A DNA stretch of 64,000 bases from Azolla caroliniana (lineage: Eukaryota > Plantae > Polypodiophyta): positions 1,364,001-1,428,000 of the forward strand of contig JBHGNT010000009.1 in assembly GCA_043228905.1 (NCBI GenBank), read 5' to 3'. Shown piece after piece: positions 1 through 12,249 of the stretch (position 1 is its first letter; each line of letters begins with the position of its first letter). Below the pieces are notes generated by a model that had not been told where the DNA came from, ran no database searches, and saw only the letters and a program-made list of their open reading frames with translations. A program made the position numbers and the translations under genes.

Positions 1-7
1 GAACTCG

Positions 8-582
8 GTGGCCCACATGGTGAATGCGATGAACAACGTGCTGAGGGATTGTATCTCGGACATCACCATGCCATTCTTGGACGACATCCCGATCAAGGGA
101 TGTCCGATGGAGGTAAAGAACGAAACGATCGGACCGGACAGATGCCGGAGATTCGTGGCGACACACATTGACGACTGCGAGAGGGTGCTGCAGAGGCTAG
201 AGGACGCGAGGCTCACCTTCTCCAGGGAGAAATCGGCCTTCGGGCAATCAGAGATCATGATCGTCGGACATCTATGCGGACCATATGGCCGGAAACCGTC
301 TCCGGCTAAGGTGGAAGCCATCTCCGCAATGAAGCCCGACTGTAACTCGGTCACGGGGGTACGGAGGTTCTTGGGAGCATGCGCGTTCTACCACATATGG
401 ATCCCACATTACGCCCACGTTGCCGAGCCGCTATACGGGTTGCTGAAAAAGGGGCGAAAATTCGAGTGGCGAGACAAGCATGCGGAGTCGGTCCGAAAGA
501 TGAAGGAGGCTCTTGCTTCAGCTCCGGCACTCCGGAAGGCTGTCTACGAGAAAGGTACTCCCATCTACATAACGGTAGATAC
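8..582 (+). pseudogene. Element A pol, RT and start of RNase H (interrupted)
   Basis: PFLDDIPIKG, VRRFLGACAFY and LASAPAL motifs; cut at TSD GATAC 578-582. Confidence 0.9.
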
Positions 583-972
583 TGTCAGAACCAAGGATAA
601 AAGATAGAGTGATGGAAGAAGGATAGAGAAGAATGGATGTATAAGATAGAGAAAGAAAGAGAATGGATACAAGATATGTAATGAGAGCTAAAGACTGGTG
701 TTGATTCGAATTGATTTGAGAATACATGTATGCGTTTATTTATAGGTTCCTATAGAATAGCTTAGAGATTTCTAGAATGTTCTAGAATGTTCTAGACCTA
801 GAATGCTCTAGGACATTCTAGAACATTCTAGAATAATCTAGAGTTTTTACAATAATCAATGTAATACAAGAAGTAGCTTTTATTGTTTCATATAACAATA
901 AGCTATCTTAATGGTTGAGGTTTTCAAGTATGAATTACAAGGTTCGAGGTTCAAGTCCGGGTGACACCATAA

Positions 973-3642
973 TAACACTTCACGCATAATGAGATCTGCA
1001 GTTTCTTCACTATTGATGGTCTTTACACATGGTACAAAATGTACCATCTTGGTGAAGCGATCCACTACTGTTAAAATAGTATCAAAGCCTTTGGAAGGTG
1101 GCAGATCCGTAATGAAATCCATAGAAATAGACTGCCATGGCTTGTTGGGAGGGGGTAATGGTTGTAGTAAGCCATAAGGGTGATGCCGGGGTATTTTGGC
1201 GCGACAGCAGGTGTCACAAGTGCGAACATAATCTTCGACAAATTTTTGCAAGTGAGCCCACCAAAACGAACGTTTCACCAGCTCAATGGTCTTGGAAATA
1301 CCAAAATGTCCAGCCATGGGGGCATCATGACAATGTTCCAACACTTGAAGTCGGGGTGATCCATCGAGGACGTAAAGGAGATTCTTGTAGAAGAGTAAAC
1401 CATCTTGCCACTTGAAGTCCTTATAATGTTGAGATGACCCTGGCAATGTGGAGCAAGATGGACGACTTAAACCACAGTGGGCTAAGACATCCTTAGCAAA
1501 ATCATCCGAATGAAGTTGTTGCCGAATAGTGTCAAGAAGGGTAGAATCAAATGGTGTGGCATAAATTGTTGTTACCTGTAGCTTTGATGGCCCGAGGAGA
1601 GTTTGCTTTTGATTGTCAAAGGCCGAATCTCCATGTCGAAGTGCTAGATACAAACGCCGAGACAGAGCATCTGCTTTCCCTTGTTGTTTTCCGGGGCGAA
1701 AAATGATCTTGAAATCGAAACGCGTTAGAAATTGGGCCCACCGAGCTTGTCGTCTATTTAATACTCGAGCTGTTTGAAAATATGTGAGATTTTTGTGATC
1801 ACTATAAATGATAATCTGATGAGGTGATCCTTCTAGAAAATGATGCCATTGCTCGAATGAGTCGACCACAGCTAGTAACTCCTTGTCATGCACCTCATAG
1901 TTTATCTCCGAAACAGTAAACTTTCTCGAGTGAAACGCGACTGGATGTATCTGCCCGTCCTCGCCTGGTTGCGATAGGATACTCCCCAATGCAAAGTCTG
2001 ATGCATCTGCCTCAATAGTAAATGGCTTTTCAGGATCAATATGTGCTAGGATGGGTGCTGATGTGAATGCCTCTTTTAGCTGCGTAAAAGCCTTGTCCGC
2101 TTCGATACTCCAAAAAAATGCTTGATTTTTCTTGGTGAGTTGAGTAAGGGGCAACACAATGCTTGAATAATTATGTATGAATTTGCGATAGAAGTTCGCA
2201 AATCCGAGGAAACACTGGACATCCCGAACTGAGCATGGGGGTTTCCATTCCAATATTGTTTGGACTTTTGCCGGGTCCATGAAAACACCCTGGGATGAAA
2301 TAGTGTATCCCAAAAATTCGACTTGTTTGCAATCAAAACTGCATTTCTCAAGTTTGGCGTAAAGACCATACTTCCTTAGGCGTTCAAGTATTTGCCGCAC
2401 ATGTATATCATGCTCCCCCTGTGTTTTAGAGTAAATCAATAGATCATCTAGGTAGATGATTAGAAAAATATCCAAGAAATCCCGGAAGATGTCATTTGCC
2501 ATATGTTGAAATACGGCAGGTGCATTTGTGAGCCCGAAAGGCATGACTGTATACTCGAAATGACCATACCGAGTACGAAATGCTGTTTTCCACTCATCTC
2601 CTGGCCGAATTCAAACAAGATTATATGCACCCCTTAGATCAATTTTGGTAAAATGCTTTGCCCCACCAATGCGTTCTAAGAGATTGGAGATTAAAGGTAA
2701 AGCATACCTATTCCTTATGGTGACTTTATTTAAGCCTCGATAGTCCACGACCAAACGAAGGGAGCCGTCCTTTTTCTTCACAAAAAAGATAGGAGCACCA
2801 GCTGGAGACTTTGAATGTCGAATAAACCCATGTGCAAGATTTTCCTCGATGTATTCTCGAAGAACCTCAAGCTCAATGGGTGATAAATTGTAAATTGGAC
2901 CCCACGGAGGCTCTTTTCATGGTTGGAGATCAATAGGACAGTCGTACGGCCGATGCTTTGGAAGAACACTAGCTTTGACTTTGTCAAAAACATCAGCATA
3001 GTCTTGATATTTTTTGGGAATTTGGATGTCTGAATTCCCTTGAGTGACACTAGAAGGTGTCACTGATACTGCAAATAAGAAAAGGTCCTCCTTGCCTCCC
3101 ACTTGGTGCAATTGTTGCAATGTGATGGCTGAAATTTGATGAGAAGGATATGGTGCATCGGTAGAACTATATACTTTGGGAGGATAATCCCGAGTTCGAT
3201 TCTTGACAATGATATTTTCTGCTAAAGGGCACCTAATTTCTCGCTTCCTCCAATCAATTCTAGGGTTATGTAGCTCGAACCATGGCAAACCGAGGACAAT
3301 TGGATGCTCAGGACTACGGATTATGTTAAAGGAAACTACACATCCTAAATCACCCAAGAGTATGTGTATTGGCTCAGACACTTCAAATATCTTCCCGGAA
3401 GCTATGGGGCGTCCATCAATCACTACTACGGAAACAGGACAAGGAAGTGTATGCAAGGATATTTGGTGTTTTTGGGCAAAATCTCTATCCATGAAACAAG
3501 AATTGGCTCCAGTATCTAAGAGGGCTTGGACTTGAAGTTGACAACTGGGTGTCCTAACTTGTACTAGGGCTGAGAAGACTCTACTAACATGCTTGGAAGA
3601 AATGGAACCCACACCAGGTTGTACATATCTAGGGTTGTCCAA
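973..3642 (-). pseudogene. Element B pol (PR-RT-RH-truncated integrase)
   Basis: ALLDTGA, YLDD, ADASD, HHCC finger and SMDFITDLP; stops at ~2917 and ~2611; integrase cut off at ~973. Confidence 0.9.
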
Positions 3643-3668
3643 CCAAATGGCTCCTATTTTGGCCGGAC

Positions 3669-4832
3669 TTATTCGTTTGACTCCTCTTCTAATTGGCTTA
3701 GGACTTCAAATTTATTGGACAAGGGTGGATTATTCATAATATTAGATTCACTAACTACTTCTAAAATGTTGGACTCATTTTTATTGTCATTGTGAATTTG
3801 ATTTACCTGACGTCTCGGCCTACGGGAGCAATGAATGGCTATATGTCCTGGACCTCCACAATATAAGCACAGATGGTTTGCTCGACGATGTTGCTTCTCT
3901 TCGTCTGACAACAGTCCTCATCGTTGAGTCATATCAATCTCCATGGGTGTAGGACTATCCATTGGGACTGGACTACGTGTTTGCCTTGGAGTTGGAGCAG
4001 GGCTATACATTTGCCTTGGGGATGATTGCGCCGTTACTGATGCATAAGTTTGTGTGAATCTAGATCTTGTTATTTGTTGTTGTCGCTCACATCGACGCTC
4101 AAAAAGGCGATTATCACACCGTATTGCTCGACTAATAGCTTCTGTAAGTGACCTTGGATCCTCGGGGAAGGTAAGAAGTAAGTCTTTGACATCACTACGA
4201 AGGCCTAAACGGAATTGCTCCATTAGGGCTTGTTCATCCCAAGGAATATCGCTTGCGATGAGACGGAAATTGGCAGCATATGTTGAAGCTGGTTGATCAC
4301 CTTGACGAAGTGTACGAATCTTGTTGATAGCTGTTCTCGCCCCATCAGTATCTCCGAAACAAGCCTTAAATTCCTTGATAAATTCCTCGAAATTATTTAG
4401 TAGAGGAGAATTGGTCTCTAGCAATGGAGCAAACCACGACAACGCTATGCCAGTCAATAAAGTGCCCACTAGCCCGACTCGTGATGCATCTGTTGGATAA
4501 CGTGCGGGATGCATTTGAATCACCAACCGTACTTGATTCAAAAAACCTCGGAAATGCGCCCTCGACCCATCAAATTTAGCTGGGAGGCTAATTTTGGGCT
4601 CCTTGATAAGTCCCTGACCTTCAACCCTTTGTTGTTGTAACACGACGATTGTCGACTCTAACTATTGCACTCGCCGCGTGAACTCCTCTTGTTGTTGTTG
4701 CTTCTCTATAGTAACCTTTTGTAGATCCCCAAGTAGACGTTGATTCTCTACTTCAAGAGATGCGAACTTGGATTTAAGGTTCTCCATTTCTGCAACAAGG
4801 GTGAGATATTCTTCTGAGTTAATGGCAGCCAT
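3669..4832 (-). pseudogene. Element B gag (PEG10/sushi-like capsid with CCHC knuckle), two premature stops
   Basis: EPKISLPAKFDG, PMEID and CLYCGGPGHIAIHC. ATG at 4832 is homologous to the D gag start; in-frame TAG at ~4662 and TGA at 3918. Confidence 0.88.
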
Positions 4833-5479
4833 GGTTTCAGGATGGTTACAAAGGAGGATGAGAGAGAGAGAGAGAGAGAGAGAGAATTCGAATCAAACTG
4901 TCAGAACCAAGGATAAAAGATAGAGTGATGGAAGAAGGATAGAGAAGAATGGATAACACGTTTGCGTTCACAAGTGGAAGGATCGCGCACAAGTGGAAGG
5001 ATAAGGAATATTCTGTTTGATTTTGGGGTTTTTTTTGCCATTTCACAAAACATCTTGATACTAGTATCACATGTTCTCCAAAACTTGATGAAAAAGTTGA
5101 AAATTTCACCATTTGGTAAAATTGAAAAATGCCAAATTTGGGTAAAATATGAAAAGTAACTTTGTGGATTTTTAAAGAAAAATGACAACTAATAAGTTTT
5201 TAGATCTTAAAGAAATCAAAGTAGAATATTTCAAAACAATGAACGTTTTTATTCCATTCGATAAAATGTTGTCTAAATTTGTTACATATAGTTGCACAAC
5301 AAATACATTTGGGAGTTATTTGCATGACTATCATCATTCTTTTCATGATAATCACTACTATAGATAATATACAATTGTGACTCTTCCTCCTCATCTTCTA
5401 ATGTACCAATCAAATCATTGTCTTCACCAAATGGTATCTCCAAATTTTGTGCAATAAATCTTCTTCGTCTTCAATCTGA

Positions 5480-5740
5480 GATATCTTCTAGACTTGCTAA
5501 TATCTCTTTTATTATGCATATCGTTGTTGTCCTTATACATCCAACTTTTATTTGTGTAAAGTCATACATAATGATATCCACCTCATTAATGTCAATGATA
5601 GATGTATTACAAAGGTTTTATGCATCATCACGTCCAAAACTTTACCAATGCAGAATTGGTACCCTAGGTCATGGCCATCTACATGTGTAGCTATTAATAT
5701 CCTCACCTTGACTTCTTGCAAGTTTCCTTGTCACCTGAGT
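5480..5740 (-). pseudogene. Degenerate coding remnant, possibly the C-terminus of the TIR element's transposase
   Basis: Manual translation: GNLQEVKVRILIATHVDGHDLGYQFCIGKVLDV, frameshift, TSIIDINEVDIIMYDFTQIKVGCIRTT. Family assignment is inference. Confidence 0.4.
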
Positions 5741-5826
5741 TATGCTTGTGTTGTCATCATTCGTTCCAACTATAAAGATCAACATTAAGTAGTGATTGAG
5801 AACCACACGAACACTTTATGGACCGT

Positions 5827-8800
5827 GTAAATGGCATTTGCAAGGTTCAATTACCATCAACACAATTATTAATAGTTTTTTGTTAATCAATGATGCACAT
5901 GTTTACCATAAAGTATCTTATTGTACAACATACTTGTTTGCACTATCGATATGCATCTTTTTCTCTTGTAAAAACAAAGATTTTAGTACGATTCAAGTTC
6001 ATGTTTAAAAAACCTCTTTTATCTGAAAAACAACAAGATTTTAAACATTAAGTCGATATGTTATATCGAGTTGATTTAAAAAATAGAGTTTTCATCATAA
6101 TTCCATACAATGTATTGAATTATTGCTCAAAGTTTTTTTTACTAGATTTAAAAAATAATAATAATAATAAATTGTGCTTGAGTTCATCTAGAAAACCATA
6201 ATTTTCATCACAATTCGATATAATGTATTGAGTTCATGCTTAAAGTAATTTTTTCTAATTGTTTTCAATTTTGTTTCAATTTTTTTCAATTTTTTATAGT
6301 TTTTTATTGATTTTGTTTTATTTTTTAAACATCAATTTGATACATTGTATCGACTTGTGATAAAAGCTTTGGTTTTTTCATCACTTATTCAAGCTCAATT
6401 TTGTTTTAGAAAAAAAAACAAAGTACCAAAATAAAATAGAAAAAAATGTAATTATTTTTAAAAAAAAATCTAAAATTAAACTTTTCATGTCATGATATGG
6501 TAGGACTCAAACCCATGACCTTATGTTACATGGGTCAAGCTCTTGACAATTAAACCATACATTGTAATACATAAAAAATTATTTTTATCACTTCTTAAAG
6601 CTCAATTTTTTTTTAGAAAAAAAACAAAACACCATAATAAAATAGGAAAAAATGTAATTATTTAAAAAAAAAAATCCGAAATAAAACTTTAAACATGAAC
6701 TCGATACACCGTGTCAGGTTCATGTAAAAAAGTTAGCTTTTCAACATGAACTCGATACGCCGTATCGGGTTCATGTAAAAAAGTTAGTATCGAGTTCTTG
6801 TAAAAAAGGTAACTTTTTTACATGTCATGATATGGTAGGATTCAAACCCATGACCTTCTGCTACATGGGTGGAGCTCTTGACCATTAGACCATGCATTGT
6901 AATACATAAATTATTATTTTTATCACTTATTAAAGCTTTATTTTATTTTAGAAAAACAACAAAACACCATAATAAAATAGGAAAAAATGTAATTATTTAA
7001 ATAAAAAAATCTGAAATAAAACTTTAAACATGAACTCGATACGCCGTATCGAGTTCATGTTTAAAAGGGGTATCGAGTTCATGCAAAAGAGTTGGCTTAG
7101 TTCATTACATGATATAGTAGGACTCGAACCATGACCTTCTGCTACATAGGTGAGGCTCTTAACCATTAGACCATACATTGTAATACATAAACTATTATTT
7201 TTATCACTTATTAGAGCTCAATTTGTTTTTAGAAAACAAACAAAACACCATAATAAAATAGGAAAAAATGTAATTATTTAAAAAAAAAAAATCCGAAATA
7301 AAACTTTAAACATGAATTCGATACGCCGTATCGAGTTCATGTTGAAAAGCTACTTTTCAACATGAACTCGATAGAGTTCGGCGTATCGAGTTCATGTTTA
7401 AAAGGGGTATCGAGTTCATGCAAAAGAGTTAGCTTAGTTCATGACATGATATAGTAGGACTTGAACCCATGACCTTCTACTACATAGGTGAGACTCTTAA
7501 CCATTAGACCATACATTGTAATACATAAACTATTATTTTTATCACTTATTAGAGCTCAATTTGTTTTTAGAAAACAAACAAAACACCATAAAAAAATAGG
7601 AAAAAATGTAATTATTTTAAAAAAAAAAATCCGAAATAAAACTTTAAACATGAATTCGATACGCCGTATCGAGTTCATGTAAAAAAGTTAGCTTTTCAAC
7701 ATGAACTCGATACGGCGTATCGAGTTCATGTTTAAAAGGGGTATCGAGTTCATGTAAAAGAGTTAGCTTAGTTCATGACATGATATAGCAGGACTCGAAC
7801 CCATGACCTTTTGCTACATAGGTGAGGCTCTTAACCATTAGTCCATACATTGTAATACATAAACTATTATTTTTATCACTTATTACAGCTCAATTTGTTT
7901 TTAGAAAACAAACAAAACACCATAATAAAATAGGAAAAAATGTAATTATTTTAAAAAAAAATCCGAAATAAAACTTTAAACATGAATTCGATACGCCGTA
8001 TCGAGTTCATGTAAAAAAGTTAGCTTTTCAACATGAACTCGATACGGCGTATCGAGTTCATGTTGAAAAGGGGTATCGAGTTCATGTAAAAATGTTAGCT
8101 TAGTTGATGATATGATATGCTAGGACATAAACCCTTGACCTTGTGCTGCATGGGTGGAGCTCTTAACCATTAGACCATACATTGTAATACATAAAATATT
8201 ATTTTCATCACTTATTAAATCTTAAAGTTTTTTAGAAAAAAAAACAAAATACCAAAATAAAATAGGAAAAATGTAATTATTTAAAAAAATAAATCAGAAA
8301 TAAAACTTTAAACATGAACTCGATACGCCGTATCGAGTTCATGTAAAAAAGTTAGACTTTAAACATGAACTCGATACGCCGTATCGAGTTCATGTTGAAA
8401 AGGCGTATCGAGTTCATGTAAAAAAGTTAAATTAGTTCATGTCGTGATATGTAGGACTTGAACCCATGACATTATGCTACATGGGTCAAGCTCTTGACCA
8501 TTAGACGATACATTGTAATACATAAAATATTATTTTCCTCACTTATTAAAGCTCAAAGCCTTTTAGAGAAAAAAACAAAATACCAAAATAAAATAGGAAA
8601 AAATGTAATTATTTAAAAAAAAAAATCGGAAATAACACTTTCAACATGAACTCGATACGTCGTAGATTAACTCATGTCATCATCATTCCCTCTCAGTCCC
8701 TCTCTCTCTCTCACTCTCTCTCTCTCTTCTTTTCTCAAGTGTTCTACACCTTAAATTCTTCTTAGTACTAATATTTCTCTCTTAGTACTAATTTCGTCTC

Positions 8801-9389
8801 TGTCTTAGAATTTTGTTTTTGAGCTTTAATAAGTGATGAAAAAACCTGAGTTTTTATCACAAGTCGATACAATGTATCAAGTTCATGTTTAAAATTATTA
8901 TTTTTTCCATAAAAAATAAAAAAAATAAAAAAAATAAAAGAAATTAAAAGGAACAAAAAGAAACAAAAAAAAATTGAAAAAAAATAAAAAAAATTGAAAC
9001 AAATTGAAAATGTTTTTTTTTTTAAATTAGAAAAAATTACTTTAAACATGAACTCGATACATTGTATTGAATTGTGATGAAAAATCTGGTTTTTCTATGA
9101 ACTCAAGCTTAATTTATTATTATTTTTTTTTTTTAAATCCGGTAAAAAAACTTTGAACATGAATTTAATATATTGTATAGAGTTATGATGAAAACTCTAT
9201 TTTTTACGTCAATTCAATACAACATATCGTGTTCATGTTTAAAACTCTTGTTGTTTTTCAAATAAAAGAGGTTTTTAAAGATGTATGTTGCACAACAAGA
9301 TACCTTATGGTAAATATGTGCTTCATTTATTAGAAGAAAACCATTAATAATTGTGTTGATGGTAATTGAACTTTGCAAATACCATTTAC
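5827..9389. repeat. Internal inverted arms of ~570 bp (5827-~6397 and ~8820-9389) enclosing the tandem array
   Basis: GTAAATGGCATTTGCAAGGTTCAATTACCATCAACACAATTATTAAT is mirrored at ~9343-9389; similarity continues inward to CATCACTTATTCAAGCTC. Confidence 0.85.
6375..8660. repeat. Tandem array of 7 units of ~333 bp (palindromes plus LTR-end/tRNA-like segment)
   Basis: The TGTCATGATATGGTAGGA-like motif starts at 6488, 6823, 7105, 7442, 7776, 8108 and 8440 (periods 335, 282, 337, 334, 332, 332). Confidence 0.95.
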
Positions 9390-10338
9390 TTCACAAATTT
9401 TGAAGGGGAATTATTATAAGGAAGGAGATTATAACATTGTAGATACCTTGATAACTATGTGTTATGTTCAAATTGATATATTAATGTTCACATCTAAAGT
9501 TTGACAATTTATGAATATCGTCTACATTTTAGGAGTTGTGGATTTATCAAAATTGTTTATGAATATTGTCTACATTTCTTGAGTTGTGAATTTATGGATG
9601 TTAATGAGCACTAATTTATAGATGATGACATTAAGGATTGCAATATTACCTTTTATACTTAAAACATTTTCAAGTCTAACAATAGATGTAACCTTAATCT
9701 TCTCAAGACGGTGAAACCATTAATCTTAACTTGTGCCTTGAGTTGACCATAATTGTGATTTTCTTTAAGTTAACTACATTTCATATCTGCAAACCATCAA
9801 CATTTAAACATTATCCCTAAACTATTCAATTTTAGAAATTATCATTTAGAAATTTGTTAAATCTCAAAAAATTAGCAAAATTTACATGCTATTTAAAACA
9901 TGTGATACTAGTGTATCAAGTTTTTGGAAATTGTCTAAAATCGCAAGATTATAAAAGGAATCTATAAGTGGAATGCGCAATCCTTCCACTTGTGAATGCA
10001 AAGGTGTTGGATGTATAAGATAGAGAAAGAAAGAGAATGGATACAAGATATGTAATGAGAGCTAAAGACTGGTGTTGATTCGAATTGATTTGAGAATACA
10101 TGTATGCGCTTATTTATAGGTTCCTATAGAATAGCTTAGAGATTTCTAGAATGTTCTAGAATGTTCTACACCTAGAATGCTCTAGGACATTCTTGAACAT
10201 TCTAGAATAATCTAGAGTTTTTACAATAATCAATGTAATACAAGAAGTAGTATCTTAATGGTTGAGGTTTTCAAGTATGAATTACAAGGTTCGAGGTTCA
10301 AGTCCGGGTGACGCCATAATGGTCATGTGTTCATGACA

Positions 10339-12249
10339 GATACGAGTCCGACCGGGATCGGATGGGTCGTCAACCAAGAAGATGAGGACGACATTCGGTT
10401 CCCAATCTGGTTTGGCGCGAAGGTCCTCAGCGAGCGACAACGAGGATACGCCCAGGTTAAACGCGAATTCTGGGGTATCGTTTCGGCGGTGAAGTCCGAT
10501 AAAGACTATCTGATCGGGACAGAGGTGATTATCGAGACGGACTGCCTGCCGATTCTCGGCATGGTTTCCGGATGTGCAACACCGGACCTGGCAATGCTCA
10601 GGTGGATAGCGTACATCAAGTCCCTAGATCCGGAAATACGACACATTTCCGGGAAAGACAATACCATGGCTGACATGCTTTCGAGGGCGCAATTCAACGA
10701 CGAGGGCGGCATGGTTTCGGAGGACGAGGAAGTCGGCATGGACTTCTTCGAGGCGGCTTACGTGACAACCGAGGGGGGGAGCACTCCGACGCTTAACGAT
10801 TTTAACGAGAGCAAGTACGATGGGGAGTGGCTGCAGATTGGAGGATTCTTAAGGACGATGACGCCGAACGCGTCATGGACAAAGGACGAGGCCAACCGGA
10901 TCCGGAAGAAAGCGTACCGATTCTTTCTCCGGGACGGATACTTGTGGAAGCACCCGAAGAAGAGAAACGGCATCCCGCTCCGAGTAATGGCGATGAAGGA
11001 GGAACAGGAGGGGTTGCTGAAGGCCTACCACGACAGCCCCTGGGCTGGAAACCGTGGGACGTGGGCCACGTTCGAGAAACTAAAGGGGAAGTACTGGTGG
11101 CCTGGGCTATACCGGGACGTGCATCGGTTCGTGACAACTTGTGAGAGCTGTCAAATGCACTCCGTAGTCCGACATCGGGACGAGCTTCACCCTACATACC
11201 CTCCGGCCATCCACTTCAAATGGATGGTAGATTTGGTGACGATGCCGATGGGCGTAGGGCAGACGCGATATCTGGTGCTGGCCCGGGAGGACCTAACAAA
11301 CCAGGTGGAAGGTCGAGCCCTGCAGAACAAAACAACCGCGGTCGTGTGTCGGTTCCTGATCGAGGACGTGATATGCCAGTACGGGTGCGTCGGGAAGATC
11401 GTGGCTGACCGCGGGGAGTTGGACGCCGAAGAGGCCGAGGAGCTGTTCAACTGGTTAGGGGTCAAGCTCTCGCTCACCACAGCATACAATCCGGAGGCAA
11501 ACGGGAAGGTGGAGCACGGGCACGGACCGATCGTCAAAGCGCTAGTCCTGGCATGCGGAGGCCAGGTCGGGAACTGGCCACGGCTGTTACCTTATGCCTT
11601 ATGGGCGGACCGGACAACGCACAGCTCGATAACCGGGTTCATGCCGTCAGAGCTCATGTTCGGACAGAAGCCGATCATGTCAATGGAACAGACGATCTCC
11701 TCTTGGGCGACAGTAGACTGGAGAGACGAGATGAGTCGGGAAGAACTGCTAGCGGCGCGTATACGACAGCTCGAGCGGAGGCCAGAGGACGTGGAACGAG
11801 CGGCGAAGAGACTTCGGACGGCGAGGATGAAGAACAAAGCCCGGTTCGACCGAACGCACCGGCTCCAACGGAAGAAAATCGAGGAAGGCGACTGGGTGCT
11901 AGTCTACGACAACAACCTCGACAACCAGCACCGGGCAACACGGAAGTTTGCAAAGCGGTGGTTCGGGCCTTACGTGGTAACGAGCGCCAACGACAACGGG
12001 ACGTATCACCTGGCGGAACTCGACGGTACGAGGGTGGCGATACCGGTAGCAAGGAAGCGGATCAAAGCGTTCAAGAGGCGCCACGACGGCGAACCGGATC
12101 TAAGAGGCCTGGACAACGACGACGGACAGTCCGAGACGGAGGACGAACCGATGGACGAAGAAGCGGAACTCGGGCCGGTTTTCTCCCACCAGAGCGCAAT
12201 TTTGGCGCATACCGGTGGATGCGCGGTTAGGTGGGGGCGGATGTCGTGA
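10339..12249 (+). pseudogene. Element A pol continuation: RNase H and integrase
   Basis: DTSPTGIG, ETDC, ADMLSR, zinc-finger CESC, D-D-E core (VDL, ADRGE, EANGKVE) and WFGPY. Confidence 0.9.

Larger units (their letters stand above)
4955..10008. mobile_element. Non-autonomous TIR DNA transposon, 5054 bp, ~35-bp TIRs, 4-bp TSD GGAT
   Basis: Left end AACACGTTTGCGTTCACAAGTGGAAGGATCGCGCA versus reverse complement of right end AACACCTTTGCATTCACAAGTGGAAGGATTGCGCA. GGAT at 4951-4954 and 10009-10012; the empty site is visible in the other B LTR. Subterminal inverted repeats at ~5054-5074 and ~9898-9920. Confidence 0.9.
583..10338 (-). mobile_element. Ty3/Gypsy element B (Tcn1/Tf1-sushi-like), defective; its 5' LTR contains a 5-kb TIR element
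   Basis: TGTCA...TGACA ends with 5-bp TSD GATAC (578-582, 10339-10343). LTRs at 583-~972 and 4899-4954 plus 10013-10338; gag-PR-RT-RH-INT on the minus strand. Confidence 0.93.

Noticed and set aside
880-972. Novel C-terminus on the B pol ORF
   Set aside because: Read-through into the LTR after a deletion.
6488-8520. Cluster of functional tRNA genes
   Set aside because: A and B boxes are present, but the acceptor and anticodon stems do not pair consistently.
6375-8660. CRISPR array
   Set aside because: The sequences between palindromes are homologous rather than unique spacers, there are no cas genes, and the context is eukaryotic.
8768-9049. Phe-rich 93-aa ORF (also those at 39322-39660 and 40430-40837)
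   Set aside because: Low-complexity A-rich or purine-rich DNA.
11553-12230. 225-aa overlapping ORF and antisense ORFs in A, D and E
   Set aside because: Alternative frames of GC-rich pol with no recognisable motifs.
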